Positions 27,848 through 37,187 of a stretch of DNA of 64,000 nucleotides are shown in pieces (the stretch's first letter is position 1; each line of letters starts with the position of its first letter). The position numbers were made by a program, and so were the translations under genes. The DNA lies in the NCBI GenBank assembly GCA_040752575.1, contig JBFMGK010000011.1, forward strand, positions 2,580 to 66,579, written 5' to 3'. The stretch is from Candidatus Bipolaricaulota bacterium (GTDB taxonomy: Bacteria; Bipolaricaulota; Bipolaricaulia; UBA7950; UBA9294). The notes below the pieces were generated by a model. It was not told the DNA's origin. It searched no databases and saw only the letters and a program-made list of their open reading frames with translations.

Positions 27848-28931
27848 GCGCTGGGCGACCGTGTATGGCGTGCTGAAGGGTGGATGGAGCGCTGCAGTGG
27901 CGCGATATGCCGTGATCCTCACGGTTGCTCTGATCGGCTACGCAGCCGTTCTCCTCCTGGCCGGCAAGGACCCGGTTCGCGCCTACGCCGACACGTTCGC
28001 TTATGCGTTGGGCACTCGCTATGGCTTCTCTGAGGTCCTTGTGAGAATGATCCCTTTGCTGCTGACCGGCGTTGCCGTCGCTCTGCCGGCGCGGCTTGGC
28101 CTGATCAACGTGGGGGGCGAGGGGCAGCTCTATATGGGTGCGTGGCTTGCGACGTGGGGAGCGATTACCTTCACAACGCTGCCGCAGTTCCTGCTCATCC
28201 CCCTTCTGGTACTTATGGGCTTCGTCGGCGGCGGTTGCTGGGCGGCCTTCGCAGGGCTGTTGCGCGCTCGAGGGTTGGTTAACGAGACGATCACCACGCT
28301 CCTGATGAACTACGTTGCCCCGTTGCTTGTGGGGTACTCGGTCTATGGAATGTGGCGATCTCGTGAGGTCGGGTCTGCGGCGTTCCCGCAGACGGTCGCG
28401 TTCCCGAGTGCGGCACGACTGCCACGCTTCTTTGGCACGAGAGTCCACCTGGGTCTCGTACTCGGCCTTATCGCGCTCTTCGCCGTTTGGTTCGTGGTGG
28501 AGCGGACCAAGTGGGGATTGAAGATGCGCGCGATCGGCGGGAATCCCGAAGCTGCGCGGAGATTGGGGATCCGCCTGGGCCTCTATATCGTTGTGGTGAT
28601 GTTCATCGCGGGTGGGGTCGCGGGCCTTGCAGGCATGGCGGAAGTCACAGCGCTTCACGGGCGGCTGCGTGCGGGCTTCTCGCCTGGGTACGGCTTCATG
28701 GGATTCCTCATCAGTTGGCTCGCTGGTGGGAGTCCTCCCGGGATCCTCGTGATGTCCTTCGTGCTGGCGATCGTGTTCGCCGGCGGGACCCTGCTGCAGA
28801 TCTCGCAGGGTCTGCCCTTTGCGGCGATCAACGTGCTGATGGCAATGATCCTGTTTGTTGTTCTCGCGAATCCGCGGTTCTCTGTCAGCGTTCTGAAGAG
28901 GGCACTCGCGGGCAAGGGGAGGCAGAGATGA
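27840..28931 (+). CDS. Nucleoside-type ABC permease 1
   Basis: NVGGEGQLYMGA, TLLMNYVA, AGLAG, GYGFMG. Confidence 0.9.
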   Translation: MSRRWATVYGVLKGGWSAAVARYAVILTVALIGYAAVLLLAGKDPVRAYADTFAYALGTRYGFSEVLVRMIPLLLTGVAVALPARLGLINVGGEGQLYMGAWLATWGAITFTTLPQFLLIPLLVLMGFVGGGCWAAFAGLLRARGLVNETITTLLMNYVAPLLVGYSVYGMWRSREVGSAAFPQTVAFPSAARLPRFFGTRVHLGLVLGLIALFAVWFVVERTKWGLKMRAIGGNPEAARRLGIRLGLYIVVVMFIAGGVAGLAGMAEVTALHGRLRAGFSPGYGFMGFLISWLAGGSPPGILVMSFVLAIVFAGGTLLQISQGLPFAAINVLMAMILFVVLANPRFSVSVLKRALAGKGRQR

Positions 28932-29845
28932 ACTGGGATCTCCTTCTCGGTGTCCTGTCGGGGACGATCATGTATGGGGTGCCATTATTATATACGACGC
29001 TGGGCGAGGTGGTCGGGCAGCGCGCCGGCATGGTCAACCTTGGCCTGGAGGGCATTCTCCTTGTTGGAGCTGCCGTAGGTTTCGTCATCTCGAACCTGAC
29101 CGGGAGTCCATGGGTCGGTCTCGGCGTGGCGGCAGTCGCTGGTGCTGCATTCAACCTCGTTTATGCGTTCCTTGTTGTGACACGAAGGGCGAACCAGCTG
29201 GCGAGCGGACTGACCGTGATGTTTCTCGGCATGGGGCTCAGCGCAATGATCGGGCGGAGCTTTGTCGGGGGAGGAAGCAGAGGCCTCCCTCGCTATCAGA
29301 TCCCGGGCCTGTCGCGGTTTGCCTGGGTAACCCAGTCCATGTTCAGCTACGATTTCGTGGTCTATCTCGCCTTGCCGGCGGCCATCGTCGTCTGGTGGTT
29401 TCTCTTTCGCACACGTTGGGGTTTGAGCCTGAGAGCTGTAGGTGAGAGCCCCACGGCGGCCTTCGCGGCCGGACGCCGGATCTCTCTACTCAAGTATCAG
29501 GCGGCCATGGCGTGCGGCCTTCTGTCGGGTCTTGCGGGCGCCCACCTCTCCGTAGCGTTGGCCAGGACGTGGAGCGAAGGGATGACCGGCGGGAGAGGGT
29601 TCATTGCCGTTGCATTGGTCATTTTCTCCAAGTGGCATCCGCTCCGGGCGATTGCGGGTGCCCTGCTCTTCGGTGGTGCGGTGACTCTTCAGCTGCAGCT
29701 GCAGGCGCAAGGAGCGGCGATTTCACCCTTCGTCCTGAACATGATCCCCTACGTGCTCACCCTTGGAGTGCTCCTGCTATGGGGTGGATCTCGGAGGTTC
29801 GCTGCTCCGGGAGGTCTTGGTCGGGTCTACTCGGGAGAGGAGTAG
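28928..29845 (+). CDS. Nucleoside-type ABC permease 2
   Basis: RAGMVNLGLEG, LRAVGESP, GRGFIAVALVIFSKW, PYVLTL. Confidence 0.92.
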   Translation: MNWDLLLGVLSGTIMYGVPLLYTTLGEVVGQRAGMVNLGLEGILLVGAAVGFVISNLTGSPWVGLGVAAVAGAAFNLVYAFLVVTRRANQLASGLTVMFLGMGLSAMIGRSFVGGGSRGLPRYQIPGLSRFAWVTQSMFSYDFVVYLALPAAIVVWWFLFRTRWGLSLRAVGESPTAAFAAGRRISLLKYQAAMACGLLSGLAGAHLSVALARTWSEGMTGGRGFIAVALVIFSKWHPLRAIAGALLFGGAVTLQLQLQAQGAAISPFVLNMIPYVLTLGVLLLWGGSRRFAAPGGLGRVYSGEE

Positions 29846-29982
29846 CGGGAGGCTCAGCGTGTCGGCAATGTAGACGCTATGCGCCGACGGGACACGAGGA
29901 GGTGATCGAGGCGGCTGGGCCGTGGCGAGCAGACAAGCGGAGAGCTGAACAGTGAGACAGGTCAGCAACAAGGAGGAGAGGG

Positions 29983-31071
29983 ATGAGAGCGCGAAACGCG
30001 ATGGCCTTAGCGATGCTCGTTGCGTGTGCCGTAACATGGGTTGGGGGATGGGTTGTTGCACAGGATGCGAGTCTGGTGATTGGGCTCATCCTCCCGGGAC
30101 CGAAGAATGATGCCGGTTACAACCAGACGTTCTACGATGCTGTACTGGAAGTGCAGGCGAACATCCCCAACGTCAAGGTCGTTGTAGCGGAGTGGGTCGC
30201 CGACGCGGATGCCGAGAGCACGATGGAGACGATGATCCAACAGCAAGGGGCGGAGCTGATTCTTGCTTGCGGGTTCGCCTTCCAATATCCGGCACTGGCC
30301 GTGGCGGAAAGGCACCCGGATGTCAAGTTCATGCATCCCGGGGGGTGGGAATCAACACACAATTTCATCAATTTCTTCGCCACAACGCAGCTGCATTTCT
30401 ATCTAATGGGGGTGGCGGCGGGCATGATGACGGAGACCGACAAGATCGGGTTCATCGCCGGTATGCCGCTGGGCTACATGTACGGCAACGCGAACGGTTT
30501 CCATCTTGGTGCCAGAGCCGTGAATCCCGACGTGCAGACGCATCTACTCATGACCTTTGCGTGGTACGACCCCGCGAAGGAGGTCGCTGCCGTCCAGGCA
30601 CTGCTTGACGCCGGATGTGACGTCTTCACCTACCACCTCGACTCGCCGTCCGCGGTGATCCAGGCTGTTGAGGCGGGCGGCGCGCGGACGATCGGCTTCA
30701 TGTCCACGGGGGCGCAGCAGTACGCCCCGAGCGGCTGGATCACCGGTCTGTTGCTGTCATGGGGCGACTACTTCACCGAAAACGCGCAAGCCGTGATCGA
30801 TGGAACCTGGGAAGGATTCCGATGGGATCGGTTGGGCCTTGCCGACGGAATGCTGGAGATCGCACCGTTCGGCGATGCCGTGCCGGATCGCGTACAGCAG
30901 TTTGTCTTGGCTGTAGCTGAGGGCTATAAGGCGGGTCTCATCGACACGTTCATCGGGCCGCTCGCGGACCAGGACGGTGTCATCCGAATCGCGGAGGGCG
31001 AGTTCTGGGGCAATGACCGGATGGGCGATTGGGACTTCCTGCTCGAGGGGATGGTTGGACAAGCTCAGTAG
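29983..31071 (+). CDS. BMP family (purine nucleoside-type) substrate-binding protein
   Basis: GPKNDAGYNQ, GMMTETDKIGFIAG, NGFHLGA..VNPD, WYDPAKE. Confidence 0.9.
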   Translation: MRARNAMALAMLVACAVTWVGGWVVAQDASLVIGLILPGPKNDAGYNQTFYDAVLEVQANIPNVKVVVAEWVADADAESTMETMIQQQGAELILACGFAFQYPALAVAERHPDVKFMHPGGWESTHNFINFFATTQLHFYLMGVAAGMMTETDKIGFIAGMPLGYMYGNANGFHLGARAVNPDVQTHLLMTFAWYDPAKEVAAVQALLDAGCDVFTYHLDSPSAVIQAVEAGGARTIGFMSTGAQQYAPSGWITGLLLSWGDYFTENAQAVIDGTWEGFRWDRLGLADGMLEIAPFGDAVPDRVQQFVLAVAEGYKAGLIDTFIGPLADQDGVIRIAEGEFWGNDRMGDWDFLLEGMVGQAQ

Positions 31072-31079
31072 AACGGTGC

Positions 31080-31120
31080 CGTGGGGGGGGGGGGGCGCGG
31101 GGGGGGGGCCCCCCCCCACG
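31080..31120. repeat. G13-CGC-G10-C9 low-complexity hairpin after the BMP gene
   Basis: CGTGGGGGGGGG / CCCCCCCCCACG stem; homopolymer lengths may be unreliable. Confidence 0.6.
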
Positions 31121-31176
31121 CGTCTTGCCGTCGTCGCGCCGAGACACGCCTGAGCTTGCATCCAGAGGACAGAGGT

Positions 31177-32226
31177 ATGATGAACTCGCTACCGGCACTG
31201 CACATCGGGTCGCGTGCGCTGGCACTTCTCGGGACTGCCGACGCGCGATGGGATGTGCTTGCGACGGTTGGGCATGCCGTGTACATCGTGAACCGCGATG
31301 GAGAGATCGTCTGGATCACTGATCGGGCCGAAGCTCTGCACGCGAGGGGGGTCCTGCTTGCTGCGCTGCCGACGCGTCTGACGAACTCCCGATTGCCGTT
31401 GCGTGCTTCCGCGGGACGGCTTCATTGCGCGGGTGTTAAACTGACCTGGCGGCAGGTCGATCTGTGGGAGCCGCGAGCCGCCGTGACCTCGGACAGCCGT
31501 GTCGAAGGCTTTCCGGATCGTGTTTGCGATGCGATCCGGTCCGTGGGGAGCATGGAAGGCCCCCCAGCGGGAGTTCGCAGGGACGAAGCACTTCCTGAAG
31601 GCGACGGCAGTCCGGGCGGGGAAGCTTCGGTCGCAGACGCACTCACCGAGAAGCTCATGCGCGGCGTGCGGACACTGTCGGTGGCTCCGGCGGGCTCCGA
31701 AGTGCTGCCTAGGCTTCGCGCGGTGGCGTATGTGGTGGGGTTGGGGCAGGGCCTGACGCCAGCCGGAGATGATATGTTGGGGGCGTTCCTGTACACCCTG
31801 CAGATGCTGAGTGGGACATGCTACGCAATGCCGGGCATCGATTGGGCAGATGTGCGGGCATGGGTTCACAGGGTGGCGCGTCGCACGAGTGTCATCAGCC
31901 GTTGCATGCTTCTTGATCATGCCTATGGCTCGACCTGTGCTCCGTTGGCCGAGTTCCTGCGCGCGGCGCTCGAAGGCGGAGAGGATGCGCAGCTCTCTCG
32001 ACTGGCCCGCGGTGTTGCCGGCGTCGGCGCTTCCTCCGGGCGGAGTCTACTTGCCGGGGTCGGAGCCGCCTGCAGCGCGATGCTGACGTGCCGCGCTGGC
32101 CCAAATCCGGTGCCTGTTGGACGAGTGGATGTCGTGCTGGGCGAAGATCAGAGAAGGGAGGTCGCGTGTCCGTTGACGTCAAGCGGGAGATCGAACAGGC
32201 AAACGGCGAATTCCTGCGTAGGGTAA
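31177..32226 (+). CDS. DUF2877 protein (YlbF/AllH, YahE-like)
   Basis: VGLGQGLTPAGDDMLGAFL, RTSVISRCML, GASSGRSLLAG. Confidence 0.85.
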   Translation: MMNSLPALHIGSRALALLGTADARWDVLATVGHAVYIVNRDGEIVWITDRAEALHARGVLLAALPTRLTNSRLPLRASAGRLHCAGVKLTWRQVDLWEPRAAVTSDSRVEGFPDRVCDAIRSVGSMEGPPAGVRRDEALPEGDGSPGGEASVADALTEKLMRGVRTLSVAPAGSEVLPRLRAVAYVVGLGQGLTPAGDDMLGAFLYTLQMLSGTCYAMPGIDWADVRAWVHRVARRTSVISRCMLLDHAYGSTCAPLAEFLRAALEGGEDAQLSRLARGVAGVGASSGRSLLAGVGAACSAMLTCRAGPNPVPVGRVDVVLGEDQRREVACPLTSSGRSNRQTANSCVG

Positions 32227-33443
32227 CGTCGGGCAACCCGGTGCTGGTTGACGTAGCCCCCGCGGGAGAGGTGTACGCGGACTTCCCAGAAAGGACGATC
32301 CTGCACTCTGGACCGCCCGTCGTGTGGCGGTTCATGAGCGGGGCACAGCGTGGCGCTTGTATCGGGGCTGCGCTCTTCGAAGGCTGGGCCGCGGATCCGG
32401 GGGAAGCGGTGCGGCTGCTTCAAGACGGCCAGATCGCACTTGCTCCGAACCATCCGCACTCTTTCGTAGGTCCTATGGCAGGCACAATCACGCCATCGAT
32501 GTGGGTCTGGGTGGTCGAGAACGAGACGTTCAGGAACCGAGCCTGCTGCCGACAAGTCGAGAGCCGTCAGCAGTTCGGAGAATACTCGGAAGAGGCGCTC
32601 GCGGGACTCGAGAAGTGGCGCGATGTCTGGGCCCCCGCACTGCAGAGAGCTGTCCGCAAGATGGGCGGGCTCCCCTTGAAGCCGATCATCACCAAGGCGC
32701 TGCAGATGGGCGATGAGCTTCACAATCGGCCGATTGCGGCCTCCAGTCTTTTTGCCAATGCGATGTCGGTGCCGCTTCTGAGATGCGGTCTTCCCGAGGA
32801 TCAGATTGCCGCGACCATGGGACTGCTGGCGGGGCATGAGCTCCTCTTCCTCGGGCTGTCGATGGCCGCGGGGAAATCCATAGCGGATGCAGCTCGCGAC
32901 ATCCCGTTCTGCACAGGTGTCACGGCTATGGCACGCAATGGATCGGAGTTCGGGATTCAGGTGAGCGGGCTAGAAGGGGAATGGTTCACCGCCCCTGCGC
33001 CCGAAGTCACGGGTCTGTATCTACCAGGATACAAGAGGGGAGACGAGGGCAGAGATATCGGAGACTCGGCCATTACCGAGACGGTGGGCTGGGGAGGATT
33101 CGTGCTCGGTGGGGCAACCGGGATCCTCAATTTCGTAGGAGGTACGCCCGAAGAGGCGTTCGCCTACAGCCGACAGATGCGACAGATCACGATCGGGCAA
33201 AGCCCCGACTACCTGATTCCCCCTTTGGGTTTCGAGGGAACGGCCGTCGGGATAGACATCCGAAAGGTCGTCCAGTCGGGAACGCTGCCGATCATTGACA
33301 CGGCGATGGCGCACAAAGAGCCGGGACACCCGATTGTCGGAGCAGGGCTTGTGCGCCCCCCTATGGAGTGCTTCAAGCAGGCGCTGAAGCGATTCGCCGA
33401 GAAATACACCGTGAACGCAGCAACAGATAGCAAACGACCCTAG
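32166..33443 (+). CDS. DUF1116 protein (YlbE/AllG, YahG-like)
   Basis: TILHSGPP, MSGAQRGA, VGPMAG, ALQMGDELHNR, AMARNGSEFGI, DIGDSAITETVG. Confidence 0.92.
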   Translation: MSVDVKREIEQANGEFLRRVTSGNPVLVDVAPAGEVYADFPERTILHSGPPVVWRFMSGAQRGACIGAALFEGWAADPGEAVRLLQDGQIALAPNHPHSFVGPMAGTITPSMWVWVVENETFRNRACCRQVESRQQFGEYSEEALAGLEKWRDVWAPALQRAVRKMGGLPLKPIITKALQMGDELHNRPIAASSLFANAMSVPLLRCGLPEDQIAATMGLLAGHELLFLGLSMAAGKSIADAARDIPFCTGVTAMARNGSEFGIQVSGLEGEWFTAPAPEVTGLYLPGYKRGDEGRDIGDSAITETVGWGGFVLGGATGILNFVGGTPEEAFAYSRQMRQITIGQSPDYLIPPLGFEGTAVGIDIRKVVQSGTLPIIDTAMAHKEPGHPIVGAGLVRPPMECFKQALKRFAEKYTVNAATDSKRP

Positions 33444-33460
33444 AGTCACAGAGGCAAGTG

Positions 33461-35017
33461 ATGAGTAAGTCAAGGCAGACTGCGATCAGGGTAAACCGCT
33501 ATTTCGACTCGGTCTTCTTGATGGCCGTGGCGCGCCGCCTGAGCGAACAGCCGGGCGTGAGCGCGGCGGTCGCCGTCATGGGAACCCCGGCGAACAAGCG
33601 GACGCTCGCCGAAATGGGGTTCAGCGAACGCGAACTCGCCAGAGCGTCTTCAAGTGATCTCATCGTCGCTCTTGACGGAGATGAGGAAGCGGTGCGGGCA
33701 CTTCTCGAGAGCCTTGAGTCCTGGCTTGTACGCCCCAAGATGAACCTCTCTGGAGGGACAGCGATCTCCGTCGATGACGCGCTTTCGCGGCAGCCCGAGT
33801 CGAATCTTGCCGTGGTCTCCGTGCCGGGAGAGTATGCGGCCGCCGAGACCTCCCATGCGCTGGATCGAGGCCTGAGTGTCTTCTTGTTCAGCGACCACGT
33901 CTCGATTGACGATGAGATTGCGCTGAAGGAGAAGGCTCGCTCCGCGGGTTTGATCGTCATGGGGCCGGACTGCGGTACCGCCCTGATCGCAGGTATCGGT
34001 GTGGGCTTCGCAAATGTGGTTCGCAGGGGACCGATCGGTGTCGTGGCGTCATCGGGCACGGGGCTTCAGGAGTTCGCATGCCTCGTTGACCGCTTGGGTT
34101 CAGGAGTGTCGCACGGACTCGGAACCGGAAGTCGAGACCTGTCTGACGAGGTCGGTGGAATTGCGACCCTCACGGCGATTGATGCGCTCGAAGCGGATCC
34201 AGGAACTGAGGCAATCGTCGTGATCTCGAAACCGCCGGGTGCGGCGACCCTGAAACGTGTTGCGAAGCGGCTGCAGACGTGCAGCAAGCCGGCCGCTGCC
34301 TGTTTCCTGGGGCTGAAGCCGCAATCCCCGTCACAGGACTGGCGGTTCAAGGTCTGCGCGTCGTTGGATGATCTTGCTCTTGCCGCGCTGTCCCTCGTGG
34401 GAGTGGGGCCCGCGATCGATCCAGCCGGCCTGACCGTAGTCGATCTCGTCGGGGACGAGGTTCGACGCATGGCTGCCACCCAACGCTACCTGCGCGGCCT
34501 CTTTGCCGGCGGCACTTTCTGCTATCAGTCACAGCAGATCTTCAAGAACGCCGGCGTGGTAGTTGGCTCAAACGCTCCGCTCGCCGGCATGCAGAGAATC
34601 GTGGATGTCCGGAAGAGCACCGGGCACTCGCTGATCGACATGGGGGCGGACGAGTTCACCGTCGGGACTCCGCACCCGATGATCGACGCGACCCAAAGAG
34701 TGCGGCGCATTGAAGCCGAAGCGCAAGATCCAACCGTTGCTGTGCTCCTTCTGGATGTCATTCTGGGGTATAACGCTTCGTCGGATCCGGCGGGCGATCT
34801 CGCTGAAGCCATCTCCACCGCGAAGGGAAACGCGTTGAAGAGCGGAAGGTATCTCGCGGTTGTCGCATCGATTTGCGGGACGGCAGGCGATCCGCAGGAT
34901 CTCGAAGCGCAGGAGCGGATTCTGAGGGACGTTGGCGTGGCCGTGTTCCCAAGCAACGTCCAGGCCACGAGGCTTGCGCTGGACCTTGTCCTGCGACGGC
35001 AGGAGGAAGGGCGATGA
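33461..35017 (+). CDS. fdrA: FdrA (acyl-CoA synthetase-like; AllF/YahF family)
   Basis: YFDSVFLM, VMGTPANK, SVPGEYAA, FLFSDHV, MGPDCGT, RGLFAGGTF, DEFTVGTPHPMID. Confidence 0.93.
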   Translation: MSKSRQTAIRVNRYFDSVFLMAVARRLSEQPGVSAAVAVMGTPANKRTLAEMGFSERELARASSSDLIVALDGDEEAVRALLESLESWLVRPKMNLSGGTAISVDDALSRQPESNLAVVSVPGEYAAAETSHALDRGLSVFLFSDHVSIDDEIALKEKARSAGLIVMGPDCGTALIAGIGVGFANVVRRGPIGVVASSGTGLQEFACLVDRLGSGVSHGLGTGSRDLSDEVGGIATLTAIDALEADPGTEAIVVISKPPGAATLKRVAKRLQTCSKPAAACFLGLKPQSPSQDWRFKVCASLDDLALAALSLVGVGPAIDPAGLTVVDLVGDEVRRMAATQRYLRGLFAGGTFCYQSQQIFKNAGVVVGSNAPLAGMQRIVDVRKSTGHSLIDMGADEFTVGTPHPMIDATQRVRRIEAEAQDPTVAVLLLDVILGYNASSDPAGDLAEAISTAKGNALKSGRYLAVVASICGTAGDPQDLEAQERILRDVGVAVFPSNVQATRLALDLVLRRQEEGR

Positions 35018-35190
35018 AGATGGACCTGTTGAGCGACCTTCTCGAAAAGGGACCGATAGCCGTCAACCTCGGGCTCCCGGAGTTCGCGAGATCTCTGCAG
35101 GGCCAGGGCCGGGACGTCATCCATGTTGACTGGGCGCCGCGCCCGGTGCTTGAGGCGGAACTCCGGGAGATTCTCGAGCAGCTTCTGTGA
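35014..35190 (+). CDS. Small FdrA C-terminal-domain protein
   Basis: VNLGLPEFARSLQGQGRDVIHVDWAP; ATGA coupling to fdrA. Confidence 0.85.
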   Translation: MKMDLLSDLLEKGPIAVNLGLPEFARSLQGQGRDVIHVDWAPRPVLEAELREILEQLL

Positions 35191-35789
35191 TCGCCACGCA
35201 ACCGAGCTGCGCCAGGTGGCGGGGCCGCATCGACACTCTGCTTGCACGGCGCGCTTTCCAGTCTGGGGGGGAGAGCGCGTAGCTGTGGGATCCGCAGCAT
35301 CGTACAGCCCCGGGGACATCCGCGGGCGGCACGATGAAGTTCTCCCCGTAGCGCGGCAGATCTCGGGGACACCGTCAGCGTGCGTGCGGCACAAGCCCGA
35401 GACGCTGCGGCCGCCGCCCGAGGGCATTGGATGGCCACGAGGAGTACGCCGCGAGAGAACAGAGTGTGTCTCGGCGGCTGGCCGCAAAGTGCGGCACAAG
35501 TCATGGGCAGTCGCCTTCCGTAGCGTGGGCAAGCCGGGCCATCGGCCCCCAACGGAGTCAGGAGCGACTGAGTCCATCACTCGCGCGCTACCGTTTCGCG
35601 TCGGCCGCCGTCCCGTTGCACGGCAGGGTCACCAGGGAATGCTCATGGCTTGGCCCGTGCCGCTCTCGATGAGGACATCAAGCCCTCCCGCACCCGCCGG
35701 GCTTCCCGCTATACTCGCGCCGGGTTCGGTGTCTGCATCCCGAACGGGGAGCCTGGGGACGCAAGCGCGTGGAGGGAGCGGATGGGCGC

Positions 35790-36245
35790 ATGGGAGAACC
35801 GAGGCACTCGCTGTCCGACCTGACGGAGGCCGAAGTCAGGGATCTTTGGACCCAGACCTACAATCGTGAAGGAAAGCCCGACTGGTCGCACATCTGGCCC
35901 TACTACGCCGAGGATGTCGTGTTCAGGGATAGCGTTCAGGAACTACGGGGACTCGACGCGTTCCAGGCGATGTGTCAACGGCTCACCGGCCGATGTCGAC
36001 AACTCGAAATGCATCTGCCGCATGTGGTCAAGCGGCCTGATCTCATCTTCATCGAGTGGGAAATGACGATGAGGTTCAAGCGGTTCCCGAGCTCCGTCCT
36101 GTACGGGACGACGAGGCTCGAGCTCAATGAACAGGGCAAGATCCGCAGCCAGCGGGACTACTACGATCTCTGGGGCGACATCTTCGACAACATCCCCTGG
36201 TTCGCCGGCCCCTATCGGCGGTTCATGCGTCGCAAGTTCGGTTAG
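35790..36245 (+). CDS. NTF2/SnoaL-like protein
   Basis: YAEDVVFRD..ELRGLDAF, IEWEMTM, GKIRSQRDYYD. Confidence 0.88.
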   Translation: MGEPRHSLSDLTEAEVRDLWTQTYNREGKPDWSHIWPYYAEDVVFRDSVQELRGLDAFQAMCQRLTGRCRQLEMHLPHVVKRPDLIFIEWEMTMRFKRFPSSVLYGTTRLELNEQGKIRSQRDYYDLWGDIFDNIPWFAGPYRRFMRRKFG

Positions 36246-36254
36246 GAGGCGAGC

Positions 36255-37187
36255 GTGCTCAAGTACCTCAAGGAGTATCGCTGGGCCGACATGCGACAGA
36301 TGCGCGACAACGACCGGGCCGCGCAACACACGAGCGAGCTGCGCATGGAGGGCAAGCTGTGCGTCGTGACCGGATGCACGTCGGGCGTCGGCTGGGAAGC
36401 CGCCCGACGTCTTGCGGCCTACGGAGCACACCTTGTCATGGTCAACCGCAGCGCCGAGAAGTCCGAACGCGCTTGTCGGTCGCTTCGCGACGAGTTTGAC
36501 GCCAAGTGCTCGTATCTGATTGCCGACTTCTCCGAGCTGTCGCAGGTCCATCGAGCGGCGGAGCGACTCATCGCTTCCCACGACCACATCGATCTGCTTG
36601 TGAACAACGTGGGCATGCACTCCACGAAGCTCGAGCGGACGGCCGACGGCCACGAGAGGGTCTTCTGCGTGAACCACCTTGCCTCGTTCGCGCTGACGTG
36701 GAGGCTTCTCGATACCTTGAAGCGCAGCGCCCCCTCGCGCATCGTCCAGGTGAACTCGCAGGGGCACCGCTTCGGCGGCCTAGATGTGACCGATCTGCGT
36801 TGGGAACGGCGGCACTACACGGGGCTGCGCGGCTACGGCGCTTCCAAGACCGCCCAGCTCTTGACGGTCTGGCGATTCGCCGAGATCCTCGAGGACAGCG
36901 GTGTGACGATCAACGCGATGCATCCCGGGGCGGTCAAGAGTGGTATCGGCGACAACAACGGGCCGCTCTATCGCTGGGTCAAACGCAGCTTCTTGAGCCG
37001 ATCTCTACGCGATCCCGCCATTTCGGGGCAGGCGATTCACTACCTGGCCACGGCGCCGGAGCTCGACGGCGTCAGCGGGAAGTACTTCAACCTCACGCAT
37101 CCCGAGAAACCGGCTCCTCACGCCCTGGACCGAGAGGTCGGACGCGTCGTCTGGGAGGCAAGTCTCGACATGGCGGGGCTGGCATGA
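36255..37187 (+). CDS. SDR family oxidoreductase (retinol dehydrogenase-like)
   Basis: TGCTSGVG, LVNNVG, VNHLASF, YGASK, HPGAVKS. Confidence 0.92.
   Translation: MLKYLKEYRWADMRQMRDNDRAAQHTSELRMEGKLCVVTGCTSGVGWEAARRLAAYGAHLVMVNRSAEKSERACRSLRDEFDAKCSYLIADFSELSQVHRAAERLIASHDHIDLLVNNVGMHSTKLERTADGHERVFCVNHLASFALTWRLLDTLKRSAPSRIVQVNSQGHRFGGLDVTDLRWERRHYTGLRGYGASKTAQLLTVWRFAEILEDSGVTINAMHPGAVKSGIGDNNGPLYRWVKRSFLSRSLRDPAISGQAIHYLATAPELDGVSGKYFNLTHPEKPAPHALDREVGRVVWEASLDMAGLA

Noticed and set aside
35190-35790. Possible gene remnant on the minus strand (DLPRYGENFIVPP...)
   Set aside because: Short, interrupted by stops, and not assignable to any family by eye.
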